Positions 43,883 to 55,789 of a stretch of DNA of 64,000 bases are shown here, piece after piece. Under the pieces are notes generated by a model. The model was not told the DNA's origin and ran no database searches. It saw only the letters and a list, made by a program, of their open reading frames with translations. Location: contig NC_043026.1 of the NCBI RefSeq assembly GCF_006345805.1, forward strand, positions 14,301,579 through 14,365,578, in the 5' to 3' direction. Origin of the DNA: Octopus sinensis (taxonomy: Eukaryota). Position 1 is the first letter of the stretch. Every line of letters starts with the position of its first letter. A program made the position numbers and the translations under genes.

Positions 43883-46014
43883 CTGTGAAATAAAAAGACG
43901 GAAAGAAAAAATAAATACTTGAAAAACACAATAAAAATACATATACATATAAATACATGTGTGTATAGACATACCTGCATAGACATAGATGTGTGTGTGT
44001 GTATATATATATATATACACTTTACTTGTTTCAGTCATTTGACTATGGCCATGCTGGAGCACCGCCTTTTGTCGAGGAAATTGACACCGGGACTTATTCT
44101 TTGTAAGCCTAGTACATATTCCATTGGTATCTCTTTGCCGAACTGCTAAGTTACGGGGACGTAAACACACCAGCATCGGTTGTCAAGCGATATTGGTGGG
44201 GACAAACACAGACACAAACATATACACACACATGCACATATATATATACATATATACGACAGGCTTCTTTTAGTTTCCGTCTACCAAATCCACTCACAAG
44301 GCTTTGGTCTGCCCAGGGTTATAGTAGAAGACACTTGCCCAAGGTGCTACGCAGTGGATCTGAACCTGGAACCATGTGGTTGGTAAGCAAGCTACTTACC
44401 ACACAGCCACTCCTACCCTAATGATCCTTTCACAGTATAACAATATTTGTTCCAACACACAATTCCATATCAGTAATCTTGTAACACAAATACATAAAGG
44501 TAAAAATAAAAAGGAATGTAAAGTTGAAAAAGACACGACTTGAAATGAATTTAAGGCACGTAAAAAGCACCATCTGACCGTTTGCCAGCCTCGTCTGGCA
44601 CCTGTGCCGGTGGCACGTAAAAAGCACCCACTACACTCACGGAGTGGTTGGCGTCAGGAAGGGCATCCAGCTGTAGAAACATTGCCAGATCAGACAGGGC
44701 CTGGTGCAGACTTCTGGCTTCCCAGACCCCAGTTGAACCGTCCAAACCCATACTAGCATGGAAAGGGGACACTAAACGATGATGATGATGATATGAGTGT
44801 ATGTGTATGCTCAAATAAATAAATATGTACAAATAAATAAATATATATGGCATCTAAACCTAGCAGGGTTACCAACCAAGTTTACCAACCCTTAAATCAC
44901 ACTTTACTTTCTTATTATAGAGCGTGGTCCATTAATTAGACAATGTAGGATTATGATGACTGATTCAAAGATCTGCTTGTTCCTGGTCACCTGGAAGCTA
45001 AACAAGAACAAAATCATCAACCTCTAACACTACCTATTTCTTTACTACCCAGAAGGGGCTAAACACAGAGGGGCACAAACAAGGACAGACAAAGGGATTA
45101 AGTCGATTACATCGACCCCAGTGCGTAACTGGTACTTAATTTATTGACCCCGAAAGGATGAAAGGCAAAGTTGACCTTGGCGGAATTTGAACTAAGAACG
45201 TAAGGACAGATGAAATACCTATTTCTTTACTGCCCACAAAGGGCTAAACACAGAGGGGGACAAACAAGGACAGACAAAGGGATTAAGTCGATTACATTGA
45301 CCCCAGTGCGTAACTGGAACTTGATTAATCGACCCCGAAAGGATGAAAGGCAAAGTTGACCTCGGTGGAATTTGAACTCAGAACTTAAAGACAGACGAAA
45401 TACGTATTTCTTTATTACCCACAAGGGGCTAAACATAGAGGGGACAGGCATAGGTATTAAGTCGATTACACTGACCCCAGTGCGTAACTGGTACTTAATT
45501 TATCGACCCCGAAAGGATGAAAGGCAAAGTTGACCTCGGTGGAATTTGAACTCAGAACGTAGCGGCAGAGGAAATACCTATTTCTTTACTACTCACAAGG
45601 GGCTAAACATAGAGGGGACAAACAAGGACAGACAAAGGGATTAAGTCGATTACATTGACCCCAGTGCGTAACTGGTACTTAATTTATCGACCCCGAAAGG
45701 ATGAAAGGCAAAGTCGACCTCGGCGGAATTTGAACTCAGAACGTAAAGGCAGACGAAATACTATTAAGCATTTCGCTCAGCGTTTTAACGATTCTGCCAG
45801 CTCTCCACCTTCGTAACCTCCAACACTACCATCACCCCTCATCCCCCACTATGACAAAGAGAGCAATGCAGTATTGATCACATGACCACTATCTCATCTT
45901 GCTGTAGTTGTTACTAATAGTTGTACATTAGATTCATTATATACTGTAATAGTGACTGCAGTGACACCAACACATCAACACTATATTACAAGCACAGCTC
46001 TTCATTAATATATA

Positions 46015-47935
46015 CTCTTACTCTTTTACTGGTTTGAGTTATTTGACTGCGGCCATGCTGGAGCACCACCTTTTAGTCGAGCAACTCGACCCCAGGACTT
46101 ATTCTTTGTAAGCCTAGTACTTATTCTATCAGTCTCTTTTACTTGTTTCAGTCATTTGACTGCGGCCATGCTGGAGCACCGCCTTTTAGTCGAGCAAATC
46201 GACCCCGGGACTTATTCTTTGTAAGCCCATTACTTATTCTATCGGTCTCTTTTACTTGTTTCAGTCATTTGACTGTGGCCATGCTGGAGCACCGCCTTTA
46301 GTCGAGCAAATCGACCCCAGGACTTATTCTTTGTAAGCCCAGTACTTATTCTATCGGTCTCTTTTACTTGTTTCAGTCATTTGACTGTGGCCATGCTGGA
46401 GCACCGCCTTTAGTCGAGCAAATCGACCCCAGGACTTATTCTTTGTAAGCCCAGTACTTATTCTATCGGTCTCTTTTACTTGTTTCAGTCATTTGACTGT
46501 GGCCATGCTGGAGCACCGCCTTTAGTCGAGCAAATCGACCCCAGGACTTATTCTTTGTAAGCCCAGTACTTATTCTATCGGTCTCTTTTACTGGTTTCAG
46601 TCATTTGACTGCGGCCATGCTGGAGCACCGCCTTTTAGTCGAGCAAATCGAACCCAGGACTTATTCTTTGTAAGCCTAGTACTTATTCTATCGGTCACTT
46701 TTACTTTGTTTCAGTCATTTGACTGTGGCCATGCTGGAGCACCGCCTTTTAGTCGAGCAACTCGACCCCAGGACTTATTCTTTGTAAGCCCAGTACTTAT
46801 TCTATCGGTCTCTTTTACTTGTTTCAGTCATTTGACTGCGGCCATGCTGGAGCACCGCCTTTAGTCGAGCAAATCGACCCCAGGACTTATTCTTTGTAAG
46901 CCCAGTACTTATTCTATCGGTCTCTTTTACTTGTTTCAGTCATTTGACTGCGGCCATGCTGGAGCACCGCCTTTAGTCGAGCAAATCGACCCCAGGACTT
47001 ATTCTTTGTAAGCCTAGTACTTATTCTATCGGTCTCTTTTACTTGTTTCAGTCATTTGACTGCGGCCATGCTGGAGCACCGCCTTTAGTCGAGCAAATCG
47101 ACCCCAGGACTTATTCTTTGTAAGCCCAGTACTTATTCTATCGGTCTCTTTTACTGGTTTTAGTCATTTGACTGCGGCCATGCTGGAGCACCGCCTTTTA
47201 GTCGAGCAAATCGAACCCAGGACTTATTCTTTGTAAGCCTAGTACTTATTCTATCGGTCTCTTTTACTTGTTTCAGTCATTTGACTGCGGCCATGCTGGA
47301 GCACCGCCTTTAGTCGAGCAAATCGACCCTGGGACTTATTCTTTGTAAGCCTAGTACTTATTCTATCGGTCTCTTTTACTGGTTTCAGTCATTTGACTGT
47401 GGCCATGCTGGAGCACTGCCTTTAGTCGAGCAAATCGAACCCAGGACTTATTCTTTGTAAGCCTAGTACTTATTCTATCGGTCACTTTTACTTGTTTCAG
47501 TCGTTTGACTGCGGCCATGCTGGAGCACCGCCTTTAGTCGAGCAAATCGACCCCAGGACTTATTCTTTGTAAGCCTAGTACTTATTCTATCGGTCTCTTT
47601 TACTCGTTTCAGTCATTTGACTGCGGCCATGCTGGAGCACCGCCTTTTAGTCGAGCAAATCGACCCCAGGACTTATTCTTTGTAAGCCTAGTACTTATTC
47701 TATCGGTCTCTTTTACTGGTTTCAGTCATTTGACTGCGGCCATGCTGGAGCACCGCCTTTAGTCGAGCAAATCAACCCCGGGACTTATTCTTTTTTAAGC
47801 CTAGTACTTATTCTATCGGTCTCTTTTGCCGAACCGCTAAGTTACAGAGACATAAAATACACCAGCATCGGTTGTCAAGCGATGTTGGGGGGACAAACAC
47901 AGACACACAAACATATACACACACATACACATATA
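46015..47935 (-). repeat. Family A SINE with ~17 tandem copies of its 3' ~105 bp
   Basis: Unit CTCTTTTACTTGTTTCAGTCATTTGACTGCGGCC...TTATTCTATCGGT repeated, then the remaining SINE body. Confidence 0.95.
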
Positions 47936-49406
47936 TATTGTCGGGCAATAGACTGTGCTTAAGAAGACCTGTTGAGTTATAGAAATCATAGTCGTGGTTG
48001 ATGCCAGTGCCACCTGACTGATGGTACGTTATAAGCACCATTCAAGTGTGGGTTGAGGCCATTGCCACCTGACTGGCTCCCATGCTGGTGGCATGTAAAA
48101 ACCATCATCCAAACATGGTTGATGTCAGTGCCCCCCGACTGGCTCCCCTGCGGGTAGCATGTAAAAAGCCCCATCCAAATGTGGTTGATGCCAGTGTTGT
48201 CTGACTGGCTCCCATGTTGGTGGCATGTAAAAAGCAATCACTACACTCTCGGAGTGGTTGTCATTAGGAAGGGCATCCAGCTGTAGAAATCTTGCTAGAT
48301 CGGATTGGAGCCTGGTGCAGCCTGCTGGCTTGCCAGACCTCAGTCAAGACGTCCAACCCATGAAACAATTGTAGGTGACGATGTTAATTAATAAATAAAT
48401 AATGATAATAATTATAGTTCTTAGAATTTATTAACATTTATTGCATTGCTACGTAGGTTTCCACAAATCACGTCTGAAAGAAACCCGTCATATATGTATA
48501 TATGTATGTATATATGTATCTGTGTGTATGTATATATGTAAGTATATATGTATGAATGTTTATGTGTGTGTGTCTGTGTTTGTCTTGCCACCATCACATT
48601 ATAACTGATGTTGGTGTGTTTACAATTTCTTTGATTAAAACCCTTTAAGGAGGTGCTCCAGCATGGACGCAGTCAAATGATTGAAACAAGTAAAAGACTA
48701 TATATATATTGCTATATTTCAGAATGGTCATATTGCCAGTTTAGCCAATAAAAACACACGCACTATATATTTGGTGTTATTTTGCTTCAGTGATATTTAT
48801 TTTTTACATTAATCTTAATCTTATTTCGGCCAGAGTTCTTTCATCACACTCCTGTGACCGCATCAGTGGTCTTTTGTTTTCTTCTTTCGTATTTCTGTCT
48901 CTCCTTACTAACCGTCAGCCATATTTAAATATTTAAACGTACTATATATATATATATATATATAAATAGATGAGTGTATTTTTACCTGGTTAACAATTAA
49001 CACGGAAAAAATAAATAAATAGTTACCAGGGCAGCAAAAATCTCACAAGTAAAGGTGTTGTAACTCCTTGTTTATAAAGGTAGAAACTTCGTGTTTACGT
49101 TGAATGTTTTGTATAATATGAATAAAAAATGGAGTTAACATGGTTATAGAGCGAGCATACAGATGTAAACATTGGCAAAAACACACCTTTAGTGCATATA
49201 AGTAGTCTCTATCATTATATATAATTTAAACTTTAATTTCCTTTATATTTAGCATTCACTATTAATATCACTACTCTTTCTGTTAGCTACTTATGACGTT
49301 ATATCATATAACGTTTTTTTAAACAATATTAATAGCGTTCTGTCAATCACTATACAAATCCATCATTTTTTGCAAAAATGTCTTATTGACAAGTTTCGTT
49401 TTTTTC

Positions 49407-49492
49407 ACTTTCCTGAGGAGAAGATTGCATTGTTTATACCATTTATTCTTTTGAATATTATTAGTGGAATTTTCGAAACATGTGTCGAAAGT
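49407..49492 (+). ncRNA. Type I hammerhead ribozyme, canonical core (Penelope-like element type)
   Basis: Stem I ACUUUC/GAAAGU; CUGAGGA; stem II GAAGAUU/AAUUUUC (41-nt loop); GAAA; stem III AC/GU around palindromic ACAUGU; GUC cleavage after 49486. Confidence 0.8.
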
Positions 49493-49574
49493 AAAAATAC
49501 TTGTTTACACCTGCGTTAACTCCATTTTTTATTCATATATATATATATAAATGTGTGTGTGTGTGTCTATATAT

Positions 49575-50153
49575 AATCTTCCCAAACTTCTATCTGATCA
49601 ACGTCATGCATACTCCACTGTCTAGAAAGTCCTAACAATAACATAAGAGGACATTATTTCTTAGATGCTCCAGGAGGTACTGGGAACACATTTGTAATTA
49701 AACTTCTCCTGGCTAAAGTTCGTCAAGAGAATAAAATAGCTTTAGCAGCTGCTACTTCTGGAATTGCAGCAACATTACTATCTGGAGGTCGAACTGCCCA
49801 TTCAACATTCAAGTTACTCTTTACTCTTTTACTTGTTTCAGTCATCTGACTATGGCCATGCTGGAGCACTGCCTTTAGTTGAGCAAATCGACCCCGGGAC
49901 TTATTCTTTGTAAGCCCAGTACTTATTCTATCGGTCTCTTTTTGCCGAACCGCTAAATGACAGGGATGTCAACACACCAGCATCGGTTGTCAAGCAATGC
50001 TAGGGGGACAAACACAGACACACAAACATACACACACATACATACATATATATATATATATACGTATATATATATATACATATATATATATATACATATA
50101 TATATATACATATATATATATACATATATATATACATATATATATATATATAC

Positions 50154-50184
<31 letters not shown>

Positions 50185-50260
50185 CATATATATATACATA
50201 TATATATATATAACATATATATATATATACATATATATATACATATACATATATATATAC

Positions 50261-50308
<48 letters not shown>

Positions 50309-50311
50309 CAT

Positions 50312-50343
<32 letters not shown>

Positions 50344-50344
50344 C

Positions 50345-50384
<40 letters not shown>

Positions 50385-50479
50385 CATATACATTATATAT
50401 ATATATATACTACATATACATATATATATATAATATATACATACATATACATATATATATATATATACATACATATACA

Positions 50480-50510
<31 letters not shown>

Positions 50511-50526
50511 ATATATATATACATAC

Positions 50527-50563
<37 letters not shown>

Positions 50564-52420
50564 CATACATATATATAAATATATACATATATATATATAT
50601 TATATACATATATACGACAGGCTTCTTTCAGTTTCCGCCTACCAAATCCACTCCCAAGGCATTGGTCGGCCCGAGGCTATAGCAGAAGACACTTGCCCAA
50701 GATGCCATGCAGTGGGACTGAACCCGGAACCATGTGGTTGGTTAGCAAGCTACTTACCACACACCCACTCCTGCGCCTTTAGATTTATCTAACGAAACAA
50801 AGAAGATCCAGTATGTAATATATCTAAAAGTTCTGAAATGGGTGAACTAATACAAAGGTTTCACTTAATTGTCATGGACGGATTGTCATGGCCCACGAAA
50901 AAGCTTTTGAAGCTGTGAACAGAACATTATGAGACATTAGAAATTTTAATTCCATGTTCGCCAGCCTCGTCTGGCACCTGTGTCGGTGGCACATAAGAAA
51001 AACACCGAAAACACCATATCCGAGCGTGGCCGTCTGCCAGCCTCGTCTGGCACCTGTGTCGTGACACATAAAAAACACCTCCGAGCGTGGCGTTCCAGCC
51101 TCGACTGGCACCTGTGTCGGTGGCACATATAAAACAACCATCCGAGCGTGGCCGTCTGCCAGCCTCGTCTGGCACCTGTGTCGGTGGCACATAAAAAACA
51201 CCATCCGAGCGTGGCCGTCTGCCAGCCTCGACTGGCACCTGTGTCGGTGGCACATAAAAAAACCATCGAGCGTGGCCGTCTGCCAGCCTCGACTGGCACC
51301 TGTGTCGGTGGCACATAAAAAACACCATCCGAGCGTGGCCGTCTGCCAGCCTCGACTGGCACCTGTGTCGGTGGCACATAAAAAACACCATCCGAGCGTG
51401 GCCGTCTGCCAGCCTCGACTGCACCTGTGTCGGTGGCAATAAAAAACACCATCCGAGCGTGGCCGTCTGCCCCCTCGACTGGCCCTGTGTCGGTGGCACA
51501 TAAAAAACACCATCCGAGCGGGCCGTCTGCCAGCCTCGATGGGCACCTGTGTCGGTGGCACATAAAAAACACCATCCGAGCGTGGCCGTCTGCCAGCTCG
51601 ACTGGCACCTGTGTCGGTGACACATAAAAAACACCATCCGAGCGTGGCGTCTGCCAGCCTCGTCTGGCACCTGTGTCGGTGGCACATAAAAAACACCTCC
51701 GAGCGTGGCCGTCTGCCAGCTCGACTGGCACCTGTGTCGGTGGCACATAAAAAACACCATCCGAGCGTGGCCGTCTGCCAGCCTCGACTGGCACCTGTGT
51801 CGGTGGCACATAAAAAACACCATCCGAGCGTGGCCGTCTGCCAGCCTCGACTGGCACCTGTGTCGGTGGCACATAAAAAACACCATCCGAGCGTGGCCGT
51901 CTGCAGCCTCGACTGGCACCTGTGGTGGTGGCACATAAAAAACACCATCCGAGCGTGGCCGTCTGCCAGCCTCGACTGGCACCTGTGTCGGTGGCACATA
52001 AAAAACACCATCCGAGCGTGGCCGTCTGCCAGCCTCGACTGGCACCTGTGTCGGTGGCACATAAAAAACACCATCCGAGCGTGGCCGTCTGCCAGCCCAT
52101 CTGGCACCTGTGTCGGTGGCACATAAAATCACCCACTACACTCTCGGAGTGGTTGGCGTTAGGAAGGGCATCCAGCTGTAGAAACACTGCCAGATCAGAC
52201 TGGAGCCTGGTGTAGCCTTCGGGCTTGCCAGACCCCAGTTGAACCGTCCAACCCATGCTAGCATGGAAAGCGGACGTTAAACGATGATGATGATGATGAT
52301 GATGGGAAATGTCATGGTATTATTGTCAGGAGATTTCCAGCAAACATTACCAGTTTTTGCAAAATGAACAAAAGTGAATGAGCTCAATGCTTTAATAAAA
52401 TCTTCTGTATTATGGCACTC
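49575..52420 (+). mobile_element. Helitron PIF1-like helicase relic in three pieces (49575-49817, 50779-50956, 52302-52420)
   Basis: FLDAPGGTGNTF...AAATSGIAATLLSGGRTAHSTFKL / ...MAHEKAFEAVNRTL*DIR / MGNVMVLLSGDFQQTLPV. Confidence 0.85.
50957..52130 (+). repeat. ~19 tandem ~61-bp units forming the 5' part of a family D element
   Basis: Unit GCCGTCTGCCAGCCTCGACTGGCACCTGTGTCGGTGGCACATAAAAAACACCATCCGAGCGTG. Confidence 0.95.
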
Positions 52421-52654
52421 TCTTTACTCTTTTACTTGTTTCAGTCATTTGGCTGCGGCCATGCTGGAGCGCTGCCTTTAGTCGAGCAAATCGACCCCGG
52501 GACTTATTCTTTTGTAAGCCCAGTACTTATTCTATTGGTCTCTTTTGCCGAACCGCTAAGTGACGGTGACGTAAACACACCAGCATCGGTTGTCAAGCAA
52601 TGCTAGGGGGACAAATACAGACACACAAACACATACACACACATATATATATAT

Positions 52655-52772
<118 letters not shown>

Positions 52773-53389
52773 TACGACAGGCTTCTTTCAGTTTCCGTCT
52801 ACCAAATCCACTCACAAGGCATTGGTCGGCCCGAGGCTATAGTAGAAGACACTTGGGCAAGGTGCCACGCAGTGGGACTGAACCCAGAACCATGTGGTTC
52901 GTAAGCAAGCTACTTACCACACAGCCACACCTGCGCCTATATATATATATATCTATATATTCTTTTATTTGTTTTAATTATTTAACTGCGATCATGCTGG
53001 AGCACCACCTTTAGTCGAACAAATCGACCCCAGTATTTATTCTTCATAAGCTCAGTACTTATTCTATTGGTCTCTTTTGCTGAATTGCTAAGTTATAGGG
53101 ATGTAAACACACCGACATCAGTTGTCAAAGGATGGTGGGGTGAACAAACACAGACACAAATACACACATATATACGACGAGCTTCTTTCAGTTTCTCTAT
53201 ACCGAATCTACTCACAAGGCTCTTGTCAGCCCAAGGCTATAGTAGAAGACACTTGCTCATGGTGCTGTGCAGTGGGACTGAAACAGGAACCATATTATTG
53301 GAAAGCAAACATCTTACCACTCAGCCAAGCCTGTACATTATAATATACAAGTACATATATGCTTATTCCATACACATACAGATCTTCAA

Positions 53390-53655
53390 ATATCCTCCCG
53401 AAGGACCTGCGAGACCTGCATGGGGTGGATGAAGATGTCTTTAAAATAAAACTGGACCTCTTCCTGTCAGGTGTCCCAGATGAACCAACTTCACGGCAGG
53501 AGGTACAGATGAGGGCAGCTGCATCGAACTCTCTCATGCACCAAATGTCAATTGCTAAAAAGCATTCGTGAAGTAAAATCATGTAGCAACACCGAATGGC
53601 GGTGCCCCAGCATGGCCACAGCTCATGAGCTGAAACTAGATAAACTAAATAAAAT
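53390..53655 (+). mobile_element. LINE 3' end (CR1/L2 group) whose tail is shared with SINE family A
   Basis: NILPKDLRDLHGVDEDVFKIKLDLFLSGVPDEP...RAAASNSLMHQ*, then GGCGGTGCCCCAGCATGGCCACAGCTC..GAGCTGAAACTAG. Confidence 0.7.
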
Positions 53656-55363
53656 AAAAAATAAAATATATTTATTAGGCATAGGCGTAGAGTGGCTGTG
53701 TGGTAAGTAGCTTGCTTACCAACCACATGGTTCCGGGTTCATTCCCACTGCGTGGCACCTTGGGCAAGTGTCTTCTACTATAGCCTCGGGCCGACCAAAG
53801 CCTTGTGAGTGGATTTGGTAGATGGAAACTGAAAGAAGCCCATCGTATATATGTATATATATGTATGTGTGTATTTGTGTGTCTGCATTTGTCCCCCCAA
53901 CATCGCTTGACAACCGATGCTATTGTGTTTACGGCCCCGTAGCTTAGCGGTTCGGCAAAAGAGACCGATAGAATAAGTACTGGGCTTACAAAGAATAAGT
54001 CCTGGGGTCGATTTGTTCGACTAAAGGCGGTGCTCCAGCATGGCCTCAGTCAAATGACTGGAACAAGTAAAAGAGACCGATAGAATAAGTACTGGGCTTA
54101 CAAAGAATAAGTCCTGAGGTCGATTTGCTCGACTAAAAGGTGGTGCTCCAGCATGGCCGCAGTGAAATGACTGAAACAAGTGATACAGTAAAAGAGTGTA
54201 TCTGCAAATGAACATTTGACATTTCACTTTATGTAGAAACCTATCTTTATACACAGGCATGAATGCATGTCTGTATGTATGTATGTATGTATGTATGTGT
54301 GTATGTATGTATGTATGTAGTATGTATGTATGTATGTATGTATGGGTGCATACATACCATATATAATTATATTAATAATACATATGTGTATATGCATTCA
54401 TACATGCGCACATACAATCAGCTGATGGAGATGCCGTATTGTATGCAATCTACCAGTCACCCTCACACTGGATAACAGAAGGGAACAACAACAACAACAA
54501 TAATAATGATAATAATAAAACAAAAATCCACGTAAAAACTGAACAACAACAATAAAGAGAAAGGTCTTTGTTTTGTTTCAGTGCTCCATCAGAGCTGCAG
54601 TGATGAGGTGTTGCTTAGCAACAATCATCAATTTTACAACAATCGCTATCATCCGGATGACTGAAACGGTGGCAGCAGTAGTAGTGCTGCTGCTGTTGAA
54701 GGTGGTGATGGTTCACTTGATGGAAAGATGTTTAGTTGATACCATCAACCCTAGAACTCATCTAGTAGTTTATTTTTAGCAACCTTGAAAAGACAAATAG
54801 TAAAGTTGACCCCGGTGGGAATTGAACTTGGAATGTAAAATGTCGGATCAAATACCTATAGGCGCAGGAGTGGCTGTGTGGTAAGTAGCTTGCTTACCAA
54901 CCACATGGTTCCGGGTTCAGTCCCACAGCGTGGCATGTTAGGCAAGTGTCTTCTACTATAGCCTCGGGCCGACCAAAGCCTTGTGAGTGGATTTGGTAGA
55001 TGGAAACTGAAAGAAGCCCGTCATATATATATATATGTGTGTGTGTGTGCGTGTATATATATATATATGTGTGTGTGTGTGTGCGTGTATGTTTGTGTGT
55101 CTGTGTTTGTACCCCTAGCATTGCTTGACAACCGATGCTGGTGTGTTTACGTCCCCGTCACTTAGCGGTTCGGCAAAAGAGACCGACAGAATAAGTACTG
55201 GGCTTACAAAAGAATAAGTCCCGGGGTCGAGTTGCTCGATTAAAAGGCGGTGCTCCAGCATGGCCACAGTCAAATGACTGAAACAAGTAAAAGAGTATGG
55301 GTACAATGGGTATATTTTTACCCCAGTGTCACTTTGATGACTTGTGCTGCTCTCTCATTCAAA

Positions 55364-55389
<26 letters not shown>

Positions 55390-55406
<17 letters not shown>

Positions 55407-55750
55407 GATAGCGAAAGGGGCTGATTGCTACCTAACTCAGATACCAGGAAACCCCAAAATGGCAGAAATTCAAAAGATAGTGCTCATGGGAACTGCTCAT
55501 ATCCTACTCAAAATATTTTCTATGTAATCCCAAGGTTTAAAACAAACTTTTTTTTTTTTTTGAAATTTATGTATTAGACATTCACTAGTACAACACCAAA
55601 AAAGCCCCTCCCCAAAAATATATGGCACACTAGGCATAACAACAATGTGAACTTCCAACCTGTTGTCTCTTGAGGTCTCTGGGTGAGACTTGGAGCCAAC
55701 TTGTACAGACATAAAGCAAACGTCAAACATGGAATAATAATAATAATAAT
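55390..55750 (+). mobile_element. R4/Dong-clade LINE 3' end between (AAT)n tracts
   Basis: YLTQIPGNPKMAEIQKIVLMGTAHILLKIFSM*, 3' UTR, (AAT)n on both sides. Confidence 0.75.
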
Positions 55751-55789
55751 AATAAGTCCTGGCTATTATTAAACTTACAAACACCTCAG

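Noticed and set aside
46015-47830. CRISPR-like regular array (also 24922-26224, 35690-36688, 10705-13160)
   Set aside because: No unique spacers, no cas genes, eukaryotic context; monomers derive from SINE or MITE sequence.
48815-48872. Hammerhead-like CUGAUGC-GGUCA...UGGCC-GAAA on the minus strand
   Set aside because: A9 altered and no stem I or stem III pairing could be built; at most a very old relic, so not counted.
50872-52256. Three overlapping 400+ aa ORFs on the minus strand
   Set aside because: Produced by a stop-free 61-bp tandem repeat; peptides are periodic and present in all frames.
54582-54664. Plus-strand terminal-exon-like stretch (xLHQSCSDEVLLSNNHQFYNNRYHPDD*) after ttttgtttcag
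   Set aside because: Only 27 codons, no recognisable homology and no partner exons on the plus strand.
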